Made by a program: the position numbers and the translations under genes
Shown here: positions 20,959 through 30,641 of the stretch, in pieces
Layout of the letters: each line of letters begins with the position of its first letter
How positions within the stretch are numbered: position 1 is the first letter of the stretch
NCBI GenBank assembly: GCA_035691205.1
Contig: DASSJM010000061.1
Coordinates: 15,932 to 79,931, forward strand
Reading direction: 5' to 3'
DNA from: Actinomycetota bacterium
GTDB taxonomy: Bacteria; Actinomycetota; UBA4738; HRBIN12
Length of the DNA stretch: 64,000 nucleotides
The notes under the pieces: model-generated
Told to the model about the DNA's origin: nothing
Databases searched by the model: none
The model's input: the letters and a program-made list of their open reading frames with translations, nothing else

Positions 20959-22050
20959 ATGCTCGCTGAACGCAGGAAGAGCCGGCAGGTTCGCGTCGGC
21001 GACGTGACCGTCGGCGGCGACGCCCCCATCCGCGTTCAGTCGATGACCACGACGAAGACCGCGGACATCGACGCCACCCTCCAGCAGATCGCGTCGCTCG
21101 TGGCCGCCGGCGTGGACATCGTGCGGGTCGCGGTCCCGCACTGGGAGGACGCCGAGGCCCTCGTGGCGATCGCCGCCAAGTCCACCGTGCCCGTAGTGGC
21201 GGACATCCACTTCCAGTGGAAGTACGCCATGGCTGCCCTCGAGGCGGGGATCCAGGGTCTGCGGATCAACCCCGGCAACATCAAGTACCAGGACAAGGTG
21301 CGGCTCATCGCGCGCGAGGCCAACGCGCGCGGGGTTCCGATCCGGATCGGCGTGAACGCCGGGTCGCTCGAGAAGGACCTGCTCGAGCGGTACGGAGCTC
21401 CCACGGCCGAGGCGCTGGTCGAGAGCGCGCTCGGCGAGGCGCGGATCCTGGAGGACGAGGACTTCTTCGACATCAAGATCTCGGTGAAGCACTCCAACCC
21501 ACTCGTGATGATCGAGGCGTACCGGATGCTCGCCGAGCGTTGCGACTACGCGCTGCACCTCGGCGTGACGGAGGCGGGTCCGATGCCGATGGGGGGGATC
21601 AAGAGCTCCGTCGGGATCGGGGCGCTCCTCGCCGAGGGGATCGGCGACACGATCCGCGTGTCGCTCACCGACGACCCGGTGGAGGAGGTCAAGGTCGGGA
21701 TGTGGATCCTGCAGTCGCTCGGGCTGCGACGGCGTGGCCTCGACCTGGTGGCGTGCCCCTCGTGCGGGCGCGCCGAGGTGGACGTGCTCGGCCTGACGAA
21801 GCAGGTCCACGAGGCCCTCGAGCGCGAAGGCTTGAAAGCGCCGATCCGGGTCGCCGTCATGGGCTGCGTGGTGAACGGGCCCGGTGAGGCGCGGGAGGCC
21901 GACCTCGGCATCGCGGCGGGCAAGGGCCAGGGGTTCCTGGTCGTCAAGGGCGAGGTCGTCGACAAGATCCCCGAGGACCGGTTCGTCGAACGCCTGGTCG
22001 AGGAGGCGAGGAAGCTCGCCGCGGAGCGTGAGGTCTCCGGCGCTCTCTGA
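20959..22050 (+). CDS. ispG: 4-hydroxy-3-methylbut-2-en-1-yl diphosphate synthase IspG (GcpE)
   Basis: TIM-barrel N-domain (IRVQSMTTT) and the 4Fe-4S motif CPSCGR...GCVVNGPGE. Confidence 0.9.
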   Translation: MLAERRKSRQVRVGDVTVGGDAPIRVQSMTTTKTADIDATLQQIASLVAAGVDIVRVAVPHWEDAEALVAIAAKSTVPVVADIHFQWKYAMAALEAGIQGLRINPGNIKYQDKVRLIAREANARGVPIRIGVNAGSLEKDLLERYGAPTAEALVESALGEARILEDEDFFDIKISVKHSNPLVMIEAYRMLAERCDYALHLGVTEAGPMPMGGIKSSVGIGALLAEGIGDTIRVSLTDDPVEEVKVGMWILQSLGLRRRGLDLVACPSCGRAEVDVLGLTKQVHEALEREGLKAPIRVAVMGCVVNGPGEAREADLGIAAGKGQGFLVVKGEVVDKIPEDRFVERLVEEARKLAAEREVSGAL

Positions 22051-22120
22051 GCAGGTGGGTTGTGCCTTCCGTAACCTCCGGGGCATGATGGGCGTTGTCT
22101 TCCGATGTGAGGGGGTCTCC

Positions 22121-24085
22121 ATGATCGGTCCGTCGTTGCGTCGCGCCCTGGTTCCGACCGTAGCCGTCCTGCTGATCGCCGCCCTGGCCGGGACGGTCGC
22201 CGCGGCCGAGGGCTCCGGATCCGCCCGGAGCGGTCCGGCTCTCGTTCCGGGATCCCCGCCCGCCGCGGGCGGCGGCGGGGCGAGCGTCGACCCGCTGCTG
22301 GTGAAGCGGCTCGCGCGCGGCGAGGCGGTCGAGGCGCTGGTGACCCTGGACGGTGCCACAGCGCTCGCGGGCGCGACGGCCATGTCGGCGGCGTCCTCGC
22401 GCGACCTGCTGCGGACCACGGTGCCGGCCTATCGGGCCCTCAAGGACGGCGTGGCGGCGCGGGTCCCCGGGCTGGCGGTCCTCCGGGACTTCGCCGCACT
22501 GCCGATCCTGCACGTTCGGATCGACTCGCGGGCGGAGCTCGCGCGCCTGGCGGCCGACCCGGCGGTGGCCGGGATCGGCATCGACCGTCAGGACCGGATC
22601 CTGCTGTCCCAGAGCCTGGCGTTGATCGGGCAGCCCGCGGCCGCCGCCGCGGGTCACACGGGACTGGGAGTGTCGGTCGCCGTGCTCGACACCGGCCTCA
22701 ACTACACGAACCCGGCGTTCGGCACGTGTCCCACGCCCGGCGCGCCGGGGTGCAGGGTCCTCGTGGCCCAGGACTTCGCCCCCGATGACGCATCGCTGGA
22801 CGACAACGGGCACGGGACCAACGTCTCGGGGATCGTCGCGGGCGTGGCCCCGGAAGCGGGACTCTTGGGGCTCGACGTGTTCAACGGGAACCTCTCCTCG
22901 GCGTCCGACCAGATCGCCGCCATCAACTTCGTGATCGCGAACCAGGCGACCTACAACATCCGGGCGATCAACATGAGTCTCGGCTCGGCGAACAACTACA
23001 ACACGTCGCCGTGCAGCGACCCCGCCGATCCCCGCGTGGCTGCATTCGCCAACGCGCGCGCGGCGGGCATCCTTCCCGTCGTGGCGGCTGGCAACAACGC
23101 GTTCTCGAACGGCTCGTTCCACGTGGGGATCACGAGGCCCGCATGCATCCCGGGTGCGTTCCCGGTGGGCGCGGTCTACGACTCGGACGTCGGTGGCAAG
23201 GTGTGGGGGTCGCCCCCCAACCAGTGCACCGACGCGGCGACGGCCGCCGACCAGATCACGTGTTTCTCGCAGGCCTGGAACAACCCGATGCTCCTCGCCC
23301 CCGGCGCGCTCATCACCGCTGCCGGAATCACGCAAGGGGGGACCTCGCAGGCGACGCCGCACGTCGCCGGTGCGGTCGCGGTCCTGCACGACGCCGGTGG
23401 CATCGTGTCCGACCTCCCGGCGCTGGTGACCGTCGATCAGGTGCAGAACGCGCTCCTGAACTCGGGACCGTTGATCTTCGATCCGCTCATCAATCAGAGC
23501 GTGCACCGGCTGGACCTGCCCGCCGCGATCGCGGCGCTCGGCGGCCTGCCGCCACCCCCGCCTCCGCCGACGGGGCCGACGGTGACGTCGTTCTCCCCCA
23601 CGCTCGGACAGGTCGGCACCTCGGTCATCATCACCGGGACCGGGCTCACGGGCGCGACCGCGGTCACGGTCAACGGCGTGGCCGCCGCGTTCGCGGTGAA
23701 CCTGGATACGCAGGTCACCGCAACCGTCCCCGCCGGCGCCTCGACCGGGCCGATCGCCGTGACGACGCCGGGCGGAACCGGCACGAGCGCGGCACCGTTC
23801 GTCGTGCAGCACGCTCGGGACGTGTCGCTGCACTTCTCGAAGGCGAAGGGCGACATCACCGTGCTCGACGGATACAACGCGTGCGGGTCGGGGGTTCCGG
23901 TGAAGCTGCAGTTCTTCAAGAACGGGAAGTTCAAGACGATCGCGAGCGGGGTGACCAAGCCGAACGGCTCCTACAACCTGGGCAACGTCACCAACGAGGG
24001 CAAGTACCGCACGCTCGCCAAGCCGACGACGCTCGGCTCGGGCGACAAGTGCCTGAAGGACATCTCGCCGACCGTCCGACTCTGA
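22121..24085 (+). CDS. Secreted S8 family serine peptidase (subtilisin-like) with C-terminal IPT/TIG-like and beta-sandwich domains
   Basis: A signal peptide, then the Asp/His/Ser triad context (VAVLDTG; DDNGHGTNVSG; GGTSQATPHVAGAVAVL) and a Thr/Gly-rich Ig-like segment (PTVTSFSPTLGQVGTSVIITGTGL). The start is the ATG at 22121, preceded by GAGGGGG. Confidence 0.8.
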   Translation: MIGPSLRRALVPTVAVLLIAALAGTVAAAEGSGSARSGPALVPGSPPAAGGGGASVDPLLVKRLARGEAVEALVTLDGATALAGATAMSAASSRDLLRTTVPAYRALKDGVAARVPGLAVLRDFAALPILHVRIDSRAELARLAADPAVAGIGIDRQDRILLSQSLALIGQPAAAAAGHTGLGVSVAVLDTGLNYTNPAFGTCPTPGAPGCRVLVAQDFAPDDASLDDNGHGTNVSGIVAGVAPEAGLLGLDVFNGNLSSASDQIAAINFVIANQATYNIRAINMSLGSANNYNTSPCSDPADPRVAAFANARAAGILPVVAAGNNAFSNGSFHVGITRPACIPGAFPVGAVYDSDVGGKVWGSPPNQCTDAATAADQITCFSQAWNNPMLLAPGALITAAGITQGGTSQATPHVAGAVAVLHDAGGIVSDLPALVTVDQVQNALLNSGPLIFDPLINQSVHRLDLPAAIAALGGLPPPPPPPTGPTVTSFSPTLGQVGTSVIITGTGLTGATAVTVNGVAAAFAVNLDTQVTATVPAGASTGPIAVTTPGGTGTSAAPFVVQHARDVSLHFSKAKGDITVLDGYNACGSGVPVKLQFFKNGKFKTIASGVTKPNGSYNLGNVTNEGKYRTLAKPTTLGSGDKCLKDISPTVRL

Positions 24086-24131
24086 GGTCTCGTACTCGCG
24101 TTGAAGAGGGGGCGGCCGACCGGCCGCCCCC

Positions 24132-24704
24132 TCAGCGTTCGCCGAGCGTGGCGAGGAAGTTGCGGACGATCGTCGGTCCGTCCGGCGTCAGGATCGACTC
24201 GGGGTGGAACTGCACGCCGAAGCGCGGCAGCTCGCGGTGCTGGGTCGCCATCACCAGGCCGTCGTCGCTCCACGCGGTCAGCTCGAGCTCCCGGGGCAGG
24301 CCCGCGCGTCGCACGATGAGCGAGTGGTACCTCGCCGCCTCGAACGGGTTCGGCACGCCGGCGAGGATGCCGCGCCCTTCGTGGTAGACCAGCGAGGCCT
24401 TGCCGTGGACCGGCGCGGCGCGGTCGACAGTGCCCCCGGCGACCACCCCCATCGCCTGATGACCCAGGCAGACGCCGAGCACCGGCGTCGTGGGCGGCAG
24501 GATGCGGAGGAGCTCGGTGAACACGCCGGCGTCCTCGGGACGGCCCGGGCCGGGAGACAGGATCACGGCCGCGGGCCGGCGCGCGACGAGCGCCGGGGCG
24601 GGCTCGTCGTCGCTCTTCACGACCTCGGTCGGCGCCCCGAGGCTCTCGACCAGCTGGACGAGGTTGTACGTGAACGAGTCGTAGTGATCGACCACGAGGA
24701 TCAC
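24132..24704 (-). CDS. Glutamine amidotransferase component (anthranilate / aminodeoxychorismate synthase component II, TrpG/PabA type)
   Basis: Class-I GATase (VILVVDHYDSFTYNLVQ...GVCLGHQAMG...FHPES). The GTG start overlaps the stop of the upstream component I gene (GTGA). Confidence 0.85.
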   Translation of the reverse strand: MILVVDHYDSFTYNLVQLVESLGAPTEVVKSDDEPAPALVARRPAAVILSPGPGRPEDAGVFTELLRILPPTTPVLGVCLGHQAMGVVAGGTVDRAAPVHGKASLVYHEGRGILAGVPNPFEAARYHSLIVRRAGLPRELELTAWSDDGLVMATQHRELPRFGVQFHPESILTPDGPTIVRNFLATLGER

Positions 24705-26074
24705 GGGCCCGCCCCTTCGACGTCCAGTACGGCGGGCAGGATCGCCGCGGCCTTCCACTTCGTCTCGGCGAGCTCCGTGTCCGGGTCCGAGTCGGCGACG
24801 ATCCCCGCGGCGGTCTGGACGTGCGCGCGCCCTCCAGCGACCACCGCGGTCCGGATCGTGATGCAGAAGTCCAGATCCCCTGCGAACGTGCAGTACCCCA
24901 CGGCCCCCGCGTAGGGTCCACGCGCCGTGGGCTCGAGCTCCGCGATCAGCTCCATCGCTCGGCGCTTGGGCGCGCCGGTCACGGTCCCGTGCGGGAACGT
25001 CACCGCGAGTGCGTCGAACGGGTGCAGGCCATCGGCCAGCTCGCCCTCCACCGTGCTCACGATGTGCATGACCTTCGAGAATCGCTCCACGGTCATGAGC
25101 TCGGTCGGACGCACCGACCCGGGTGTGCAGACGCGCCCCAGATCGTTGCGCGAGAGATCGACGAGCATGGCGTGTTCGGCGCGCTCCTTCGGATCGGCGA
25201 GCAGCTCGTGCTCGTACAGGCGGTCCCGCAGCTCCGTCTCACCGCGAGGGCGTGTGCCGGCGATCGGCCTGGTCGTCACCCGGGTTCCCTCGACGCGAAC
25301 GAGCGGTTCCGGTGACGACCCGGCGAGCTCCACCCCCAGCATGCGGACGAAGAACATGTAGGGCGCGGGGTTCGTCACACGCAGGCGCCGGTAGACGGGG
25401 AAGCCCCCCCGGGAAGACGGGAAGGTGACGCGGCGCGACGGCACCGCCTGGTAGATGTCGCCGGCGGCGATGTGCTCCTTCATCGAGCGCACGATCTCGC
25501 GGTATCGGTCGTCGGTCATGTTGGACTCGCCGCCGTCGAGCGGTCCATCCGAGCCGAGCGGCTCCGGCGGCGGGGGAGCGGAGCGCGCGAGCCGCTCCGC
25601 CAGGTCCTCGAGCGCCTCGACCCCCGCGTCGTAGCCGCCCGGCGGGACGTGCGCGATCAGCAGCAGGCGCTGCCGCCAGTGATCGAAGACGACCGCGCGA
25701 TCGACGACCAACAGCCCGACCGGCGGGCACGGGGTCTCGCCGGCCGGAGCCGGGTGGCCGTCGAGCAGCCCTGCCGCCTCGTAGCTCAGGTAGCCCATCA
25801 GGCCGCCGGTGAGCGAGGGCAGACCGTCGACCCGCGGGGCCCTGAGCGCTCGCGCCAGAGCCACGAGGTCCGCGCGCGCGTCCCCGGATGAGGGAGGCGG
25901 CTCGAGCGGCAGCGAACGGACGACGTCTCGAACCCCGAGGCCGTCGGCCTCGACGGTGATCACCGCGGCCGGGTCCCCGGCGACGAACGAGTAGCGCCCC
26001 CAGCGCTCGGAGCGCTCCACGCTCTCGAGCAGCACCCCGGGGCCGTCGCCGGCGAGGGCGGCGAACACGCCCAC
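24701..26074 (-). CDS. Anthranilate synthase component I family protein (TrpE/PabB chorismate-binding enzyme)
   Basis: C-terminal chorismate-binding signature (...GAPKRRAMELIAELEPTARGPYAGAVGY...) in a roughly 457-aa protein. The frame stays open upstream, so the N-terminal start is uncertain. Confidence 0.8.
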   Translation of the reverse strand: MGVFAALAGDGPGVLLESVERSERWGRYSFVAGDPAAVITVEADGLGVRDVVRSLPLEPPPSSGDARADLVALARALRAPRVDGLPSLTGGLMGYLSYEAAGLLDGHPAPAGETPCPPVGLLVVDRAVVFDHWRQRLLLIAHVPPGGYDAGVEALEDLAERLARSAPPPPEPLGSDGPLDGGESNMTDDRYREIVRSMKEHIAAGDIYQAVPSRRVTFPSSRGGFPVYRRLRVTNPAPYMFFVRMLGVELAGSSPEPLVRVEGTRVTTRPIAGTRPRGETELRDRLYEHELLADPKERAEHAMLVDLSRNDLGRVCTPGSVRPTELMTVERFSKVMHIVSTVEGELADGLHPFDALAVTFPHGTVTGAPKRRAMELIAELEPTARGPYAGAVGYCTFAGDLDFCITIRTAVVAGGRAHVQTAAGIVADSDPDTELAETKWKAAAILPAVLDVEGAGP

Positions 26075-26413
26075 CGGGGTCGAGACGTCCGCGAGCAGCT
26101 CGGTCCAGACCGGCGCGAGGGCGTGGCCCTCGGCGATGCGGTCGAACGTCTCGCGATCAGGGCGGATCTTCAGGTCGATGCTCCTCTACCTACGACGAAC
26201 CCCGGGGGTCGGCCCCGGGGCTCTGGTGCGGTTCGGCGCGAACGCGTGCCGGGCTCCGGGCTCAGATGCCCCCCGACCAGGACCAGCGGCGGCCTCGTTC
26301 GCTCATCGTGGGCCGATGCTCCCACCGGTCCGTTCGACCCGTCAACGCCGTCCGGTGACGCTGGAGAGCGGCCGACGATAGGGTTGGCCACCCTCACACC
26401 TGGAGGCTCGTCG

Positions 26414-27994
26414 ATGCGATCGTTCCGTGCGCTGCTCCCCATCACCGCCGTCCTCGCCCTGGCCGGGACGCTGCTCGCCGCTCCCGTCGCCGCCGGTCGA
26501 GAGGCCCGGCCGGAGGTGAGGGCGGTCACGCGTTCGGTGGTGCACGCGGATCCGGTGGACTCCTCCCAGGAGCGGCCGACGTCGTTCGACGTCTTCTCCC
26601 GGGGCTCCCGGCCGCCGACCTCGCCCCCTCGGTCCGGCGACGTCGTCGGTCGCGGGCCCTCGGCGCCAAGCGTGACCTTCGGGTTCGATGCGCTGGCGGA
26701 TCTCGACGGCTTCTTCCCCTCCGACACCGTGGGCGCGCTCGGGGAGACGGTGTACGTCACGGCGGTGAACTCGAGCATCGGGATCTACAGCGCGGCCGAC
26801 GGCTCGGTCGTGCTGCCGCGGAGGACCCTCGGATCCCTGAGCGGCGAGCCTGGGTTCCTCCAGTTCGATCCCAAGGTGATCCACGACCCGTACGCCAACA
26901 TGTTCCTGGTGGTCTGGCTCGGGTTCGACGACGCCCCGCAACGGTCGACGATCTTCGCGCTCGCGATCCCCGATGCCACCGCGGCCGACACGGGGACGTG
27001 GTGCCTGACGAGCCTCCTCGGCGACCAGGTCCCGGGCGACGGAGCGCAGTGGGCCGACTACCCGGGGGTCGGCTACGACGAGGATCGGGTCACGATCACC
27101 ACGAACCAGTTCAGCTTCGCCAACGCCTTCCGGTACGCGCAGGTGATGTCCATCGACAAGACCTTGTACGACTGCGACCAGCCGACGCCGGTCCCGGTCG
27201 TGTTCGGCGGGTCCCAGACCCGCGACCGGAACGGGCTCCAGGCGTTCACGCTCCAGCCGGCGCAGACAGTGGGAACGGGCGGCGGGGCGCAGCTGCTCCT
27301 GTCGTTCGAGTTGGTGCGCGGCAGGTTCGACTACCTGACGATCTGGCGTATCAAGCCGACCGCGTCCGGGCTCGAGCTCAAGAAGGGCACGGTGCCCACC
27401 GGGAAGGTCTCGCTCCCGCCGCCCGGGACGCAGGGCGGCGGCGGCGTTTCCAACGCCGACCTCTTCTGGGACGCGGGTGACGAGCGACTGGTCAACGCGT
27501 TCTACGACGCCGACCGGGACGAGCTGTACGCGGCGCACGCGGTCCGCGTCAACCTCAAGCCCGACTCGGTGACCGGCTCCTACCCCGAGTCGGCGGTGCG
27601 CTGGTACGAGATCGACCCCGCGAACAAGCTTCCGAACTCGGTCCTGGTGCGGAAGGGACTGATCGGCACGGCGGAGGCGGACCTGGGCTGGCCCACCGTG
27701 GCCACCGACGCGAACGGCAACCTGTTCGTCACCTACAGCCGCGCCAGCTCGCCCCTCGGCGAGTTCCTCTCGGCGTGGGTGGCGGAGATCCCGCCGGGCT
27801 CCACCACGGCCACCCAGCTGCTCATGCGTCCGGGGCTCGCCACGTACGACGCCTCCTCCGGCGTCGAGCGCTGGGGCGACTACACCGGCATCAACCGCAG
27901 CCCGCTGGCTCCCCAGTCCATGGCGACCTTCAACCAGTACGCGGCGACCACCACGACGTGGCAACAGGTCGTGCACGCCGTGACGCACACGTAG
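26414..27994 (+). CDS. Secreted hypothetical protein (527 aa), possibly beta-propeller-like
   Basis: The ATG at 26414 follows GGAGG. A signal peptide (MRSFRALLPITAVLALAGTLLAAPVAA) and strong third-position GC bias support it. I recognised no catalytic motif. Confidence 0.6.
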   Translation: MRSFRALLPITAVLALAGTLLAAPVAAGREARPEVRAVTRSVVHADPVDSSQERPTSFDVFSRGSRPPTSPPRSGDVVGRGPSAPSVTFGFDALADLDGFFPSDTVGALGETVYVTAVNSSIGIYSAADGSVVLPRRTLGSLSGEPGFLQFDPKVIHDPYANMFLVVWLGFDDAPQRSTIFALAIPDATAADTGTWCLTSLLGDQVPGDGAQWADYPGVGYDEDRVTITTNQFSFANAFRYAQVMSIDKTLYDCDQPTPVPVVFGGSQTRDRNGLQAFTLQPAQTVGTGGGAQLLLSFELVRGRFDYLTIWRIKPTASGLELKKGTVPTGKVSLPPPGTQGGGGVSNADLFWDAGDERLVNAFYDADRDELYAAHAVRVNLKPDSVTGSYPESAVRWYEIDPANKLPNSVLVRKGLIGTAEADLGWPTVATDANGNLFVTYSRASSPLGEFLSAWVAEIPPGSTTATQLLMRPGLATYDASSGVERWGDYTGINRSPLAPQSMATFNQYAATTTTWQQVVHAVTHT

Positions 27995-28026
27995 CCCACC
28001 TCGCCCGCCGGTATCCTTGGGCCTCC

Positions 28027-29733
28027 ATGAGGCTCTCGGAGCTGTTCGCGCCCACCCTGCGGGAAGACCCCGCCGAGGCGGAGGTGCCCTCGCACCGCCT
28101 GCTGCTGCGCGCCGGGTTCATCCGACAGGTCGCCGCCGGCGTGTACACGGCGCTGCCCCTCGCGATGCGCTCGATCCGCAAGATCGAGGCGATCGTTCGG
28201 CAGGAGATGGACGCCTCGGGTGCGCAGGAGATCCGGATGCCGATCGTGCTGCCCGCCGAGCCCTGGAGGGCGACGGGCCGCTTCGACCTGTACGGCGATC
28301 TCATGTTCCGGCTCAGCGACCGACACGGTCGCGAGATGGTGCTCGGGCCGACCCAGGAAGAGGTGGTCACCCCGCTCGTGGACGCGGCGTTGCCCTCCTA
28401 CCGCGACCTGCCGGTGAACCTGTATCAGATCGAGTGGAAGTACCGGGACGAGTTCCGGCCCCGCTTCGGGCTCCTGCGAGGGCGCGAGTTCCTCATGAAG
28501 GACGCGTACACGTTCGACCGGGACGAGCAGGGGATGGCCGCCTCCTACCAGGTGATGTACGACGCCTACGTCCGGATCTTCGATCGGCTCGGGTTGGACT
28601 ACGTCGTGGTCGAGGCGGAGCCGGGGCAGATCGGCGGCGGCGTGAACCACGAGTACATGGCTCGCGCCGAGGTCGGCGAGGACCGCTTCGTCGAGTGTGA
28701 GAACGGCGATTACCTCGCCGACTGGAAGGCCGCGACGCCGATGCCGCCGGAGCCGGTTCCGGAAGGGACCGAGCCCCTGGAAGTCCTCGACACGCCGGGC
28801 GCATCCACCATCGAGGCCGTCTCCGCGCTGCTCGGCCGGCCCGCCGAGGGACTGCTGAAGACGATGCTCTACGACGCCGGCGGCCAGACGGTGGCGGTCC
28901 TGGTCCCAGGGGATCGTGAGGTCGAGGAGGCGAAGCTGGAGCGCGCGTTCTTCCCCACGCCGATCGCGCTGTTCGAAGAGGCCGACTTCGCCGCGCGGGA
29001 CTTCGTGAAGGGCTTCGTCGGTCCCCAGGGCATGGGGTCGGACGTGCTCGTGCTCGCCGACCACTCCGTTCGCGCGGGAGCGGACTGGGTGACCGGCGCG
29101 AACCAGCCCGATCGGCACGCGTCGGGGGTGAACACGCCGAGGGACTTCCGGGTCGATCGCTTCGAGGACGTCGTCGCCCTGCGTGAGGGCGATCGCTGCC
29201 CGGGCGACGGCGGCACGCTGCACGTGGGTCGGGCGATCGTCGTCGGCCACATCTACCAGCTGGGGACGAACTACTCGGGGCCGCTCGGCGCGCGGTTCGT
29301 GGACGAGGACGGATCCGAGCGCCCGTTCCTGATGGGCTCCTACGGCATCGGGATCTCCAGGATCGTGGCGGCGGCCGTGGAGCAGTTCCACGACGAGGCC
29401 GGCCTCACGCTCCCCAAGCACCTGGCGCCGTTCGGCATCGCGGTGATCGTCGCCAATCGGGACGACGAGGCCGTCGTCGAGCATGCCGAGCGCATCTACG
29501 ACGAGCTCCACGCGCGCGGCGTGGAGGTGGTGATCGATGACCGCGAAGAGACCGCAGGCGTCAAGTTCGCCGACGCCGACCTGATCGGCTACCCGGTCCA
29601 GATCGTGGTCGGCAAACGCGGTGTAGGTGGGGGGACCGTCGACCTGAAGCTGCGGACGACGGGGGAGCGGTCCCAGGCACCCCTGGCCGAGGCGGCCCAG
29701 GCCGCGGTGGACCTGCTGGCCGCCGCCCCCTAG
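28027..29733 (+). CDS. proS: Proline--tRNA ligase (bacterial type with INS editing domain)
   Basis: Motifs LRAGFIRQ...GVYT..P, a class II aaRS core and a C-terminal anticodon-binding domain. I took the internal ATG at 28027, because the upstream part of the ORF is His/Arg-rich and looks non-coding. Confidence 0.9.
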   Translation: MRLSELFAPTLREDPAEAEVPSHRLLLRAGFIRQVAAGVYTALPLAMRSIRKIEAIVRQEMDASGAQEIRMPIVLPAEPWRATGRFDLYGDLMFRLSDRHGREMVLGPTQEEVVTPLVDAALPSYRDLPVNLYQIEWKYRDEFRPRFGLLRGREFLMKDAYTFDRDEQGMAASYQVMYDAYVRIFDRLGLDYVVVEAEPGQIGGGVNHEYMARAEVGEDRFVECENGDYLADWKAATPMPPEPVPEGTEPLEVLDTPGASTIEAVSALLGRPAEGLLKTMLYDAGGQTVAVLVPGDREVEEAKLERAFFPTPIALFEEADFAARDFVKGFVGPQGMGSDVLVLADHSVRAGADWVTGANQPDRHASGVNTPRDFRVDRFEDVVALREGDRCPGDGGTLHVGRAIVVGHIYQLGTNYSGPLGARFVDEDGSERPFLMGSYGIGISRIVAAAVEQFHDEAGLTLPKHLAPFGIAVIVANRDDEAVVEHAERIYDELHARGVEVVIDDREETAGVKFADADLIGYPVQIVVGKRGVGGGTVDLKLRTTGERSQAPLAEAAQAAVDLLAAAP

Positions 29734-29742
29734 GCTCACGCC

Positions 29743-30027
29743 ATGGCCACGAGGCGCGCGCCCAGCGCGCTCCGAGAGTTCGCGAAGCTCCACCCGGAGG
29801 TCGAGGCGGTGCTCCAGCCCGTCGGCCTGCGGACCTGGGACCTCGTGCTGATCGACGTCACCGGCCGGTGGGTCCGCGACGTGTTCGAGACCGAGGAGGC
29901 CGCGGAGGCGACCTGCCGGGAGCTCGCGATCCGACTCCACCGCGGCTGGGACGACGCCAGGATCGCCCGGCGGATGAACGGCCGCGATCACTGGAACACG
30001 CCCGACGGGCAGCGCCGGGCGCTGTAG
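29743..30027 (+). CDS. Hypothetical small protein (94 aa)
   Basis: An ORF with near-complete third-position GC bias lies between proS and rimP. I recognised no motif. Confidence 0.4.
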   Translation: MATRRAPSALREFAKLHPEVEAVLQPVGLRTWDLVLIDVTGRWVRDVFETEEAAEATCRELAIRLHRGWDDARIARRMNGRDHWNTPDGQRRAL

Positions 30028-30089
30028 GACCTCCCGAGCAGGGCGTCCGGTATACTCCGAAGAGCGATTCGGAGCGGTTTCACCCCGGA

Positions 30090-30116
30090 AGTGGGCTCGC
30101 GCCCACTTTTCTTTTC
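30090..30116 (+). terminator. Rho-independent terminator / attenuator-like hairpin upstream of rimP
   Basis: The stem AGTGGGC, loop TCGC, stem GCCCACT, followed by TTTTCTTTTC. A perfect 7-bp stem plus a U-tract is rare in this GC-rich sequence. Confidence 0.5.
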
Positions 30117-30131
30117 GAGGGGGTCCCTCGG

Positions 30132-30641
30132 GTGGGCGACAAGGACGTGGAGGCGCTGGTCGGCCCGGTCGTCGAGGCCGCCGGGCTCGAGGTGTGGGAG
30201 GTCGGCTTCGGGCGCGAGCAGGGTCGGCGGGTCCTTCGGGTGATGGTCGATCGCGAGGGCGGGGTCGACCTGGACACGATCGCCGAGCTGTCGGAGCGGC
30301 TGTCTCGGCGACTGGACCTCGAGGGGTTCGCGGGAGATGCCTCCTACGCGCTGGAGGTGAGCTCCCCGGGGCTCGAGCGAGGGCTCCGGACGCCCCGGCA
30401 CTTCGAGCGGAGCGTCGGAGAGCAGGTGAAGGTGAAGACGGTGGAACCCGTCGAGGGGCGCCGGGTGCACGAGGGCGCGCTGGTCTCGGCCGACGCGGAG
30501 GCGATCGTGATCGCTTCCGCCGGCGGAGAGCTGCGCGTCCCCTACGCCGGCATCGCGTCGGCGCGAACCGTCTTCACGTGGGGACCGGGGGTCGAGCGGA
30601 AGAGCGAAGACCCCAGCAGAAGGGCGAGGAGCACGACATGA
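30132..30641 (+). CDS. rimP: Ribosome maturation factor RimP
   Basis: RimP core (...EVGFGREQGRRVLRVMVDREGGVDLD...SSPGLERGLRTPRHFERSVGE). The GTG start follows GAGGGGG. Confidence 0.8.
   Translation: MGDKDVEALVGPVVEAAGLEVWEVGFGREQGRRVLRVMVDREGGVDLDTIAELSERLSRRLDLEGFAGDASYALEVSSPGLERGLRTPRHFERSVGEQVKVKTVEPVEGRRVHEGALVSADAEAIVIASAGGELRVPYAGIASARTVFTWGPGVERKSEDPSRRARSTT

Noticed and set aside
27775-28026. Upstream in-frame extensions of proS (and likewise of rpsB from 10693, nusA from 30194, dapA from 55615, the S8 peptidase from 21884)
   Set aside because: The extensions are Arg/His/Gly-rich, overlap the preceding genes, and lack ribosome-binding sites. Internal starts with RBS give proteins of canonical length.
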